A DNA stretch of 64,000 nt from a virus. The stretch lies in the IMG/VR virus record IMGVR_UViG_3300045988_183453. One strand, 5' to 3'. The first letter of the stretch is position 1. Each line of letters opens with the position of its first letter. Under the pieces are notes generated by a model. That model was not told the DNA's origin. It saw nothing but the letters and a program-made list of their open reading frames with translations, and did not search any database. Of the stretch, positions 54,675 to 63,429 are shown piece after piece. The translations under genes and the position numbers were made by a program.

Positions 54675-54885
54675 GCGAAAAGACATCAAAATTGTGCTGG
54701 AAACCATCTGGTATCTAATTCTGCCGGTGTTTATTTTTGTACTTAACATTAGATATTGGCATGGGTATCTTGCGAATCCCGGCTGGTCCTTGACCCATCC
54801 GTCATATGTTGTTCTTGGATTTGTCTTGAGCGCTGCATTGTGCTTTGAGATTGTATATATCGACATCAAGTTTGGGGAAAAATAG
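54673..54885 (+). CDS. Small two-TM membrane protein (70 aa)
   Basis: Overlaps the previous stop; hydrophobic helices. Confidence 0.4.
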   Translation: MRKDIKIVLETIWYLILPVFIFVLNIRYWHGYLANPGWSLTHPSYVVLGFVLSAALCFEIVYIDIKFGEK

Positions 54886-54895
54886 CGCTTGCCAA

Positions 54896-54913
54896 AATAT
54901 ACGAACGCCGTAC
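54896..54913 (+). promoter_or_regulatory. Degenerate motif promoter P10 (ATACGAACGCCGTACAAT)
   Basis: TTGCCA-N16-TACAAT. Confidence 0.5.
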
Positions 54914-54969
54914 AATGTAAAGTGTGAACAGATACTAAGCAATCAGTAGGATTCACAATCTGTATTTTA

Positions 54970-55008
54970 AGCGGACTTATCCCATCACGGGGTAGGTCCG
55001 CTTTTTTT
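54970..55008 (+). terminator. Leader terminator before the MBL-fold lipoprotein gene
   Basis: agcggacttatcccatcacggggtaggtccgct followed by TTTTTTTG. The leader shares AGATACTA…TAGGATTCACA with the 47377 RNA. Confidence 0.6.
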
Positions 55009-55026
55009 GTTGAAAGGAGAAAAAGT

Positions 55027-56187
55027 ATGAAACTCAAAAACAATCTATTCCGGAGCACGGCGGCAATCATCGCTACGCTCTTTGCACTCAGCTTCACCGG
55101 CTGCGGTCAGAATCCGATAATATCGGAAAGTCCATCCAGTATCGGGGTCGTCTCAGAAAGTACTGTGAGCAGTGACCAGACGGCTGGCGGTTCGGTGGAC
55201 GGCAGCTTTACCATTCATTTTATAGACGTAGGGCAGGCGGATTCCGCTCTTGTTACCTGCGACGGCCACTCAATGCTCATTGATGGCGGCAATGTCGATG
55301 ATTCTAACGTTCTTTACTCTGTCATGCAGCGTGAAACCGATGGACACCTGGATTATGTCGTTGGGACTCACGCGCACGAAGACCACATCGGCGGCTTGTC
55401 CGGTGCTTTTGAGGCCGTCTCTGCGGACATGACTCTATGCCCTGTGACAGAATACGACAGCAAAGCATTTCGGGACTTTGCAAGCTACGCGGAGCAAAAA
55501 GGCGGAGGCATCACGATACCGGATGTGGGTGAAACCTACACTCTAGGGGAAGCAGAATTCACGATAGTTGGTGTTAATTCTGTTCCCGATGATACGAACA
55601 ATACATCGATTGTTTTGCGTATTGTCTATGGAGACACCTCGTTCCTCTTTACCGGAGATGCGGAACAGGAAGCGGAAAACGTGATGCTTGCATCGGGACA
55701 AGACATTCAGTCAACAGTTCTGAAAGTAGGGCATCATGGCTCAAGTACATCTACCTCAGAGGCTTTTCTGGATGCGGTAAATCCAACATATGCTGTGATT
55801 TCTTGTGGCGCAGGGAACAGTTACGGCCACCCGCATCAGGAAACACTCGACAAGCTGCAAAACAAAGGTGTCGAGGTTTATCGCACAGACCTGCTGGGTG
55901 ATATTTACTGCACCTCGGATGGCAAAGAGGTAAGTTTCACTTCCGGTGAATATCATGATGAGAATCGGATTGAAGCCGGTTCTGCTGCAGAGTCCAATGA
56001 TGAACAAAACAGCAGACCTCTTGTAATAGACGAAACATACGTTCTGAATACAAGCACTATGAAGTTTCACAAACCCGATTGCTCTGTAGTCGAGTCCATG
56101 AGTCAAAAGAATAGAATCGACTATATGGGGCCCCGCGATGAGCTCATCCAGGAAGGGTATTCGGCGTGCGGGATTTGCAAACCTTAA
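55027..56187 (+). CDS. Secreted lipoprotein with MBL-fold metallo-hydrolase domain (ComEC-type extracellular beta-lactamase fold) and Cys-containing C-terminal domain
   Basis: Lipobox LSFTGC; HxHxDH motif in VVGTHAHEDHIGGL; C-terminal …PDCSVV…GYSACGICKP. Confidence 0.7.
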   Translation: MKLKNNLFRSTAAIIATLFALSFTGCGQNPIISESPSSIGVVSESTVSSDQTAGGSVDGSFTIHFIDVGQADSALVTCDGHSMLIDGGNVDDSNVLYSVMQRETDGHLDYVVGTHAHEDHIGGLSGAFEAVSADMTLCPVTEYDSKAFRDFASYAEQKGGGITIPDVGETYTLGEAEFTIVGVNSVPDDTNNTSIVLRIVYGDTSFLFTGDAEQEAENVMLASGQDIQSTVLKVGHHGSSTSTSEAFLDAVNPTYAVISCGAGNSYGHPHQETLDKLQNKGVEVYRTDLLGDIYCTSDGKEVSFTSGEYHDENRIEAGSAAESNDEQNSRPLVIDETYVLNTSTMKFHKPDCSVVESMSQKNRIDYMGPRDELIQEGYSACGICKP

Positions 56188-56524
56188 AGGGGTATTTACG
56201 AAATTTGGTGGCTTGAAATATAACCGTAACGATAAGGTAACGGACTTTCATCTGGCTTATTTACTGAACGAAGGGCGTGCTAAGAATCTCGATTCGAATA
56301 TCTATAAAAAGCGTGAACCTCATGTAGACAAGCTCGAATACGAATTCAACAAAACCGGCGATATCGACTTTTACAGCGGCGAGCTGTACTTGAACGCCAT
56401 CGGTGATGTCGTTTCCGGCTGCGATTGGTCCTACAAGTCGCAGAAGAAATATCGTTTTGGTAATGTAATGAACAAAAACTGGCTGGAGAACATTTCCAAC
56501 AGCGAGTTGTACATTGCAAGCTAA
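56138..56524 (+). CDS. Hypothetical protein, start uncertain
   Basis: The ORF overlaps the 3' end of the previous gene. The true start is probably downstream (TTG near 56210?); no clear ATG or RBS. Confidence 0.3.
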   Translation: MSSSRKGIRRAGFANLKGVFTKFGGLKYNRNDKVTDFHLAYLLNEGRAKNLDSNIYKKREPHVDKLEYEFNKTGDIDFYSGELYLNAIGDVVSGCDWSYKSQKKYRFGNVMNKNWLENISNSELYIAS

Positions 56525-56594
56525 ACCATATCACTTATACATTGCCACTGTTTTCCTACAGAAACGGTGGCTTTTTTAGAAAAGGAGACCACAA

Positions 56595-58028
56595 ATGACT
56601 GAAACAAAAGACATGTTTGAACAAATCAGCGCCATCTTAACCGATAAGAAAGATAAGCCGTTTTCCTATGAGGAGCTTGCAGCAATGCTCAAAACTGACC
56701 CTGATGCCCTCAAAACCTTTGATGAGGTCTATAAGACACAGGTTCTTGAAAGCGGAGAGCTGCATGAAAATATGCTCCAGTGGGATACAGCTACAGTCAA
56801 AGCAATTCTCGACAAAAAGGTCTACTTCCCACCGGAACTCAATTCGCTCATTGACCGCATCGTCACAGAACTGGTGCTTGAAACGCGTCTGTACATCTAC
56901 AACGCGGAACGCGGTGGCTATTATGTGACATACTCTGCCAACCGCGACTTTATGACAGAGGTTACAAACGAGGAGTTGAAACGCTACCCCGAAGAACTCC
57001 GTCCGCAGCTCACCGGAAAGTTGATGAAGATTGACATTTCTGAGCCGTCGTACAAGGAACTGCTTCAAAACTACGCAGGCTACAAGAATGCAAAGAACGA
57101 CAGCACAAAAATGTTTTACTACAACATGTTCCGTCAAGGTCTTGACATCCTCGACCTTGATGACTTCACTTATCAGATGCTTGAGATGAACCCCAACTCT
57201 ATGGGCTTCTGGTTTCCTCCTCTGGTAGAGGGATTGTACGGCAGCGCATTTTTCAAGGTTCCGGACACAAAAATTCTTCGCGTACCTATCACCATGCTGC
57301 AGCTTACCCGCCTTGGTTTCGAGACGTTGAATCCCGTTACAAAGGAAATCGTGAACCGTTATTGCCAGAAAGTCTTCCATCTTGATGGATACGAAGACTA
57401 TTTTATCAAAACGGGCACGTATTCTTCCAAATACGAATTCCGCAACGCTCATATCCATAACCCGAAGGAAATCAATGAGATGGGCGAGTATTTCTTGTTT
57501 TTGAATCATCTGACATGTTCGATGGCATCCCCTCTGAACAATCGCTGCTTCTACGGCGCGAACACCACGAACGAGTGGGTCGTCAGAGAATACATCAAGG
57601 ACAAAGAAAATAACCCCACCATCTACAACGGTTTGCCGCTGCACACTGAATATCGCGTGTTTGTGGATTTTGATACAAAGGAAATCCTTGGCGCAAGTCC
57701 TTATTGGCGCAGCGATGTTATGAAGAACGAATTCAAAAAAGTCAGCAGCCCACAGGAACGCCATGATTATGTTGTCTACAAGATGCATGAAGACATTCTG
57801 AACCAGCGTTACCACGAAAGCGTTCAAACTGTTCTGGCTGAGCTGAAGAAGGTTATTCCTCGCATTGAGTTGACAGGGCAGTGGAGCATCGATGTGATGC
57901 GCAATGGTGATGACTATTACATCATCGACATGGCTCTTGCTGAACACTCCGCTCTGAACGACTGCGTGCCAAAGAACCTGCTTCGAGCTTATCCGCAACA
58001 GTGGCTGCCGGGGGAATCGAATAGCTAA
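56595..58028 (+). CDS. Hypothetical protein, possible ATP-grasp fold
   Basis: C-terminal IELTGQWSIDVMRNGDDYYIIDMALAEHS resembles the ATP-grasp metal-binding loop; EYRVFVDF resembles the central strand motif. Weak. Confidence 0.4.
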   Translation: MTETKDMFEQISAILTDKKDKPFSYEELAAMLKTDPDALKTFDEVYKTQVLESGELHENMLQWDTATVKAILDKKVYFPPELNSLIDRIVTELVLETRLYIYNAERGGYYVTYSANRDFMTEVTNEELKRYPEELRPQLTGKLMKIDISEPSYKELLQNYAGYKNAKNDSTKMFYYNMFRQGLDILDLDDFTYQMLEMNPNSMGFWFPPLVEGLYGSAFFKVPDTKILRVPITMLQLTRLGFETLNPVTKEIVNRYCQKVFHLDGYEDYFIKTGTYSSKYEFRNAHIHNPKEINEMGEYFLFLNHLTCSMASPLNNRCFYGANTTNEWVVREYIKDKENNPTIYNGLPLHTEYRVFVDFDTKEILGASPYWRSDVMKNEFKKVSSPQERHDYVVYKMHEDILNQRYHESVQTVLAELKKVIPRIELTGQWSIDVMRNGDDYYIIDMALAEHSALNDCVPKNLLRAYPQQWLPGESNS

Positions 58029-58064
58029 CAACAACTGACTAATAACATTTCAGGAGGTAAAATT

Positions 58065-59144
58065 ATGGCCACTATTAACAACGTGAAACATCTGACAGAA
58101 GAAGGAGTATATGAATTTCTTCACAACCCGAACGAGAATTATTTTGAGGGGTTCGCGGTAGATAAGGAACCCGCTTTCTATTGTCCACGCAACTGCGAAG
58201 ATGGAGCGTATATAAAGCTCTTCAAGGCCCCGGTTAACAGTAGGATGACAGAACTGTTTATGCAGAATTTTAGATGGAGCGCACGAGAAGGCTGTTACAA
58301 CACGCCGCTCCCTGAAGACTGCACAATCAGCTTTAAGCGTGCTGGATTTATTGCCGATTCATCCAAGTTCTGGATTTTGTCGGATTATCTTCTTAAAGTT
58401 TGCCCTAAATTGAAACCTGAATTAGCAGATTTTCGTCAGCAGTTTGAGCAGGCGTTCTGCAAGAAAATTCTCGATGATTTCAGTATAAGCCAAAGCCCTA
58501 TCAATAGCAAAGAAGCAGAAGAACGTGCAGAGCAGTATGCCATCTATGCTATGCTTGAAAAAGAACCGGTTTACCATGAATATGTACTTCAAGATGCAAT
58601 GAGCATTGTTCGCAGTTTTGGCTTTAGAAGCATGGCAAACTATATTCTTGACGCGAATGATTATCTTGAAAGTGCATTAGCCAATCTCAAAGATAGAGTA
58701 ATAAGAAGCTTTGTTTTTCAAGGAGTTTGGTACAGCAGACGAGCATATGAATTTCCTAAAAAAGTTGAAGCAGCAAGACTGGCAGATAAAATTGCACATA
58801 CGTTCATTGCTGACGACAACGAGTCTCAACGTATTGCAAAAAGTGTATGTGCATATTGCTCACGGGAACTTAATGATAGAAAAAACATGACCATCACGAT
58901 TGGAACCGGCGATGACAACGGCATTTCCGTTAAAGTTTCTTGCGATACCCTGCTTCATTACGAGCCAACCTCCAAAGAGGTTTTTGTCAATGTCAAATCC
59001 GCAAGCAAGAACGAACGCGAAAAAATCAATCAATACGTAAAAGACAACGGCACTTTTGTAAGCGAAGACCTTGTTCCAATGAGCCTTTTACAGTCTGTTG
59101 TCTCCTACGGTTTGGAATATTGGAATCGAGACTTTCCTGAATAA
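58065..59144 (+). CDS. Hypothetical protein
   Basis: 359 aa with RBS AGGAGG. Confidence 0.5.
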   Translation: MATINNVKHLTEEGVYEFLHNPNENYFEGFAVDKEPAFYCPRNCEDGAYIKLFKAPVNSRMTELFMQNFRWSAREGCYNTPLPEDCTISFKRAGFIADSSKFWILSDYLLKVCPKLKPELADFRQQFEQAFCKKILDDFSISQSPINSKEAEERAEQYAIYAMLEKEPVYHEYVLQDAMSIVRSFGFRSMANYILDANDYLESALANLKDRVIRSFVFQGVWYSRRAYEFPKKVEAARLADKIAHTFIADDNESQRIAKSVCAYCSRELNDRKNMTITIGTGDDNGISVKVSCDTLLHYEPTSKEVFVNVKSASKNEREKINQYVKDNGTFVSEDLVPMSLLQSVVSYGLEYWNRDFPE

Positions 59145-59301
59145 TAATCCTAGATATTTGTATCACTCATACAAGGCCGGAAAACTACTGGATTGATTTT
59201 CAAAAGCAATAGCAATCGAGACCACTGCCCCGAAAAGGGTAGTGGTCTTATTTTTTGCACAATACTTACCATAAATTACCAGAAAGAAAAACATTGTGCA
59301 T

Positions 59302-59321
59302 CTGTGCGAATTGCATATAAT
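59302..59321 (+). promoter_or_regulatory. Motif promoter P11 (CTGTGCGAATTGCATATAAT)
   Basis: TTGTGC-N16-TATAAT. Confidence 0.6.
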
Positions 59322-59388
59322 ACAAAATATAGAACGAAAGGCATCAAAAAATATCGTTGGTCGGGCAAAATTCGACCGAAAGGCTAGG

Positions 59389-59421
59389 GCAGGCTCAGTT
59401 TTGAACCTGCTCTTTCTTTTT
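59389..59421 (+). terminator. Leader terminator before the HTH-repeat gene trio
   Basis: gcaggctcagttttgaacctgc followed by TCTTTCTTTTT. A second upstream hairpin is tcggtcgggcaaaattcgaccga. Confidence 0.5.
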
Positions 59422-59433
59422 ATCGGAGGCTTT

Positions 59434-59961
59434 ATGTCAAACAAAGAGGAACGCATGAACCGCAATAAAAGCATCATCGAAGATTACAAAAATGGAAAGC
59501 CGATTTTAGAAATCGCGAGGGAATATAATCTTTCAGAAACGATGTGCTACAAGATTCTAAAAGGTACGCAGGAGCCGCCCCGTTATTTTGAAAAAAAGAG
59601 GAAGAGACTTACCACTCGAAATGAGCAGATTGTTAAACAGTATAAAGGCGGTATGACGGCCAGAGAATTGGGCAAGATGTACGGCATTTCCATGCAGCGT
59701 ATTTATGCAATCTTGCATTCGAGCGGAGAGTACGAAAGCCAAAAATACAATCATATTGAAACGACTCTCAAAAAAGAGAAAAAGATGCGGAACCAAACTT
59801 TTCTTGATGCTTACAAGAAAAATCCTCGAAAATCGATTATCGAGTTGAGCAGGGAGGTAAATATCAGCCCTTCACTAGGTTACCTTATCCTTCATCAAAA
59901 TGGGATTTACCAGTATAACGTAAAAGCCAGAGCTAAGGAGAATAGCGAAAATGCCGATTAA
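59434..59961 (+). CDS. Tandem HTH-repeat protein (3 repeats)
   Basis: Three ~50-aa repeats of the pattern Y(K/E)xGx(S/T)xxEIAxEYxISxxxxYxIL, resolvase/sigma-region-4-like HTHs. Confidence 0.6.
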   Translation: MSNKEERMNRNKSIIEDYKNGKPILEIAREYNLSETMCYKILKGTQEPPRYFEKKRKRLTTRNEQIVKQYKGGMTARELGKMYGISMQRIYAILHSSGEYESQKYNHIETTLKKEKKMRNQTFLDAYKKNPRKSIIELSREVNISPSLGYLILHQNGIYQYNVKARAKENSENAD

Positions 59962-60469
59962 CAAGATTACCCACATGTGTCTAACTCATGACAAAGTCAG
60001 AGCACGAAATGAAAAGATGCTGGAGGATGCCAAGGACGGTATGTCCCAGGAACAGCTGGCCGAAAAGTATCAAATTTGTGTTTCTACTGTCCGATATAGT
60101 CTGAAGGACTTTTACAAAGAACAGGCCCGGCAGAGGAAAGCAAAGAAGAAAGCCTGGCAAACCCAGATGATTCATGAATATGAGATGGGCGCAAAATCTC
60201 CGGAGCTCCAGGAAAAATACGGCATCAGTGGAACGCTCTTTTATCGGATTCTTCATGCGCATGGAAAGAATGGCCGACAAATCCACAGCCAAAACCGTAT
60301 CGAGACTGGCAAGAAAAGAAACGCCGAGATGGTCAGGAAATACAAAAACGGCGTTTCTGTCAAAGAGCTTGCGGAAGAATACGGGCTCAAAAAGGGAAGC
60401 GTATATCGCGCCATGAAGCGGTATAGTCCAGGCCCAGGGAAAAGTAAAAGTTGTCAAAGCGAGGAATAA
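59951..60469 (+). CDS. Tandem HTH-repeat protein (3 repeats), paralog
   Basis: DAKDGMSQEQLAEKYQICVSTVRYSL; EYEMGAKSPELQEKYGISGTLFYRIL; KYKNGVSVKELAEEYGLKKGSVYRAM. Overlaps the upstream gene. Confidence 0.6.
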   Translation: MPINKITHMCLTHDKVRARNEKMLEDAKDGMSQEQLAEKYQICVSTVRYSLKDFYKEQARQRKAKKKAWQTQMIHEYEMGAKSPELQEKYGISGTLFYRILHAHGKNGRQIHSQNRIETGKKRNAEMVRKYKNGVSVKELAEEYGLKKGSVYRAMKRYSPGPGKSKSCQSEE

Positions 60470-60473
60470 TTGC

Positions 60474-61427
60474 ATGGCTGCATCAAAGAAAGATGTTGCG
60501 AAGCAGCAGGTCAAAGAAGACCGCGAAAAGGTTCGGGAAATGTATCTTTCTGGCAAAACTGTCAAGGAAATCGCCAAGGAAACGTATTTTTCAAGCTCTT
60601 ATTGCTATGCCATGGTGAGAGACCTAGCAAAAGAAAAGAATCTTGCAAAGAAAGCAAAAAGAGCACCTCTCGACGAAGCTATGATTCAAGATGCGAAAGC
60701 CGGGATGACGGTTGCTGAAATCGCAAAGAAGCATGGCGTGACCTATCAGCAGTGCTACTATACTGTTTCTGAATACGCTCAAGCTACGATTAAGAAGAAC
60801 AAGAAAAAGCAGTCTGCTGCCACGAAAGTTCGCAATGCGGCTATGTTGGAAGATGCGAAAGCCGGAATGACTGATAAGGAAATCGCCAAAAAATACTTTT
60901 TGTCTCGAAGCAGTGTCCGTACCGTCCTTGCAGGGCATTTACATACAAATTCCAAAAAGTTGGATGAAAGGCGCAAGGCGATTCTTGCGGATTATGAGGC
61001 AGGAACGTCCTCAAAAGACATCTGTGAAAAATACGGTATTTCAAAATCCACTCTTTACAAGGACATACGCCAAATTGGAAAAACCTGTCAGGAATACTAT
61101 CACAAGGCGCTGAAAGACAAGACCAATCAAAGGAATTCCGATATTCGAAGCAAAATCGAAAGAGGGGTCTCGGTCAGCACTATTGCCAAGGAATACGGAA
61201 TCTCTAAAACGGCGATTTATGAAACGTTTCATCAGGAAAATGTCAGAGCTGGAATTTTACAGAAACGCGGCCGTCCGCGAAAAAACACGGAACGTAATGC
61301 ACTGATTGCTAAACGCCACAGGGAAGGCGAGAAGGTGCAGGCGCTTGCCACTGAATATAATCTCTCTGTTTCGACGGTAAACACTATTTGCAGTAGAAAC
61401 AAAAATCAGAATATAACCTCATATTAA
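60474..61427 (+). CDS. Tandem HTH-repeat protein (6 repeats), paralog
   Basis: Six repeats (…DAKAGMTVAEIAKKHGVTYQQCYY…, …DYEAGTSSKDICEKYGISKSTLYKDI…, etc.). Confidence 0.65.
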   Translation: MAASKKDVAKQQVKEDREKVREMYLSGKTVKEIAKETYFSSSYCYAMVRDLAKEKNLAKKAKRAPLDEAMIQDAKAGMTVAEIAKKHGVTYQQCYYTVSEYAQATIKKNKKKQSAATKVRNAAMLEDAKAGMTDKEIAKKYFLSRSSVRTVLAGHLHTNSKKLDERRKAILADYEAGTSSKDICEKYGISKSTLYKDIRQIGKTCQEYYHKALKDKTNQRNSDIRSKIERGVSVSTIAKEYGISKTAIYETFHQENVRAGILQKRGRPRKNTERNALIAKRHREGEKVQALATEYNLSVSTVNTICSRNKNQNITSY

Positions 61428-61430
61428 CAG

Positions 61431-61460
61431 GCTGCCATTTGGCGGCCTATTTCTTTTTTA
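61431..61460 (+). terminator. Rho-independent terminator
   Basis: ggctgcc-attt-ggcggcc followed by TATTTCTTTTTT. Confidence 0.6.
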
Positions 61461-61472
61461 GGAGGAAATGAA

Positions 61473-62387
61473 ATGACAGACGACGTACGTAATTTAATTC
61501 GATTTGTGGTGGATGGCGATATTCGAAACGCGCAGACTCAGTGTCGAATCATGCTTGAAAAGAATGTACCCGAAAAGGACGCCAGGTTCAAAGAAAACGA
61601 ACTCAGAAAGTTGAATCTTCTGAAACCGGAACTGATTCAGCTGCCCGCCAACCTGGAAAACCTCTTGATTGCGGAGGATGCCACGAATTTCCCTGAGAGC
61701 CGGTTCCTGCTCCGCGAGGAGGAAGAAACAGTCATCAACAAGCTCTTGGCCACCAGAAAAGCAGCTTTAGCCATCAAGGAGCTTGGCATCCACTATACTT
61801 GCTCTTTGCTTTTGACGGGCCTTCCTGGTGTTGGTAAGACTGAATTGGCCCGCTACATTGCACACAAGGCGAATTTACCGTTTGTTTTCCTGAAATTTTC
61901 TGGCCTTGTCAATTCTGCTCTTGGCCGGACACAGCAGAACATCGGCAGAGTGTTCGATTACGCAAAGCGCACGCCTTGTGTTCTTTGTGTTGATGAAATT
62001 GATGCCATCGGAATGTGCCGTGGCAGCCGCGATGATGTCGCTGAAATGAGCCGCGTCACCATCGCATTGATGCAGGAACTTGACCGGCTCCCGAATGACG
62101 TCATTCTCATTGGCACTACAAACCGCGTCGATAACCTTGACGAAGCCCTCATTCGCCGATTCACTTTCAAACACCGCGTCAAGCCTTTAGGCGACGATGA
62201 TATGAAAGAACTGTGCAAGAAGTTCCTTGCTTCGGCAGACTATCCCTTCACGGAATCCGAACTCGACGAACTCTGCCATTCGCTGCGTGAACAGCGGACT
62301 GCCAGCGCCGCTGTCAATGCCTGTACAGAACGTATCGTTACACATATCGTATCGCAGCTGCCTGAAAATTCGGCAGATGCCGTGTAA
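61473..62387 (+). CDS. AAA+ family ATPase
   Basis: Walker A LLLTGLPGVGKTELA, Walker B VLCVDEIDAI, sensor-1 IGTTNR, and arginine finger region LIRRFTF. Confidence 0.8.
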   Translation: MTDDVRNLIRFVVDGDIRNAQTQCRIMLEKNVPEKDARFKENELRKLNLLKPELIQLPANLENLLIAEDATNFPESRFLLREEEETVINKLLATRKAALAIKELGIHYTCSLLLTGLPGVGKTELARYIAHKANLPFVFLKFSGLVNSALGRTQQNIGRVFDYAKRTPCVLCVDEIDAIGMCRGSRDDVAEMSRVTIALMQELDRLPNDVILIGTTNRVDNLDEALIRRFTFKHRVKPLGDDDMKELCKKFLASADYPFTESELDELCHSLREQRTASAAVNACTERIVTHIVSQLPENSADAV

Positions 62388-62427
62388 AAGTATGATAGCC
62401 TGGGAAGAAAGCCCTCGTCAGTTTAAG

Positions 62428-63090
62428 ATGTCCAAGCAACTCGATGAGGGAAAATTCGGAGAAGACTTGGCTCGCAAATTCCTTAACGACCCGATTATCA
62501 AAGTGAATCATGGCATTAGCCATTACGATGACGTGACTCAGGATAAATCATATCAAGACAAAGATACCGATTTCATTGTCTGGAAGAAGAATGGTAAGAC
62601 CTTTGGCCTGGAAGCGAAAGTGGACAGTCACAATACCGGAAATTTCTACCTGGAAACCTCGGTGGACTACTTCTCCATGGTGCCTGACGCTCTGAACGAA
62701 CAGCGGGTAGCGCGGCGGTATCGGGATGGCATCGACCCTTTATGGCACACCCCGGGCTGGGTATACAGGAGTGGTGCGGACCAGATTCTCTATTATTTCA
62801 GAACCACGCAGCTGCTTTACATTTTCTCCCGCGTTGATGTCTGGTTCTATGCTGAAAAGCTGATGCGCGGTGGAATTCATCTCGACCCCGGAATCAGAAA
62901 GCCAAAAATGTATTCTGCCGAAAATATCAGTGAACGCAATGGTTCCACTCTCTTCTTTGCCAACGGCTTATGCGTGAATGCTGAGCAGACATACAAGGCT
63001 TTAGGGGCGCAAAAAAGAGTCATTAAATACCAGGTTGAGAACCCGAATTCAGACGTCCCAACGTTCAGCTTTTGCCCTTTCAAATTATGA
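62428..63090 (+). CDS. Hypothetical protein with PD-(D/E)xK-like nuclease motif
   Basis: DKDTDFIVWKKNGKTFGLEAKVD is a D…(E)xK arrangement. The start is ambiguous (62377, 62392 or 62428), overlapping or adjacent to the AAA gene. Confidence 0.45.
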   Translation: MSKQLDEGKFGEDLARKFLNDPIIKVNHGISHYDDVTQDKSYQDKDTDFIVWKKNGKTFGLEAKVDSHNTGNFYLETSVDYFSMVPDALNEQRVARRYRDGIDPLWHTPGWVYRSGADQILYYFRTTQLLYIFSRVDVWFYAEKLMRGGIHLDPGIRKPKMYSAENISERNGSTLFFANGLCVNAEQTYKALGAQKRVIKYQVENPNSDVPTFSFCPFKL

Positions 63091-63171
63091 ATTTTCCGCT
63101 AACAATCGACAAAAAATCACATTTCAGTTCAGCGGAAGAGTATAATTGTAGTAGAAAGAGAGGAAAAAAGC

Positions 63172-63294
63172 ATGAACCAAATCAACGTTGTCACGATTGG
63201 GAAACTCATTGAAGCGCATCGTGGAGGTGACGAGCAGAAGTTCAAAACTCACGTCGATTTTATAAAAACAAGCCGGGAAAACCCACGACTTTAG
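63172..63294 (+). CDS. Possible small ORF (40 aa)
   Basis: RBS GAGAGGAAAAAAG with an upstream TATAAT. Ends inside the hairpin cccacgactttagtcgtggg. Confidence 0.25.
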   Translation: MNQINVVTIGKLIEAHRGGDEQKFKTHVDFIKTSRENPRL

Positions 63295-63373
63295 TCGTGG
63301 GATGAAAGGCGTTAAGAACGAATCAATTCACGCTGCATATCCGCAAGATGGACAGCATTTTTTTGCTGTCAAA

Positions 63374-63393
63374 GCGTGCGAATTGCGTACCAT
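63374..63393 (+). promoter_or_regulatory. Motif promoter P12 (GCGTGCGAATTGCGTACCAT) directly upstream of tnpB
   Basis: 17 of 19 identical to P5; the tnpB RBS AAAGGAGG follows. Confidence 0.55.
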
Positions 63394-63429
63394 AGATAGT
63401 AGATTCTAAAGAAAAGGAGGCTACTACTC

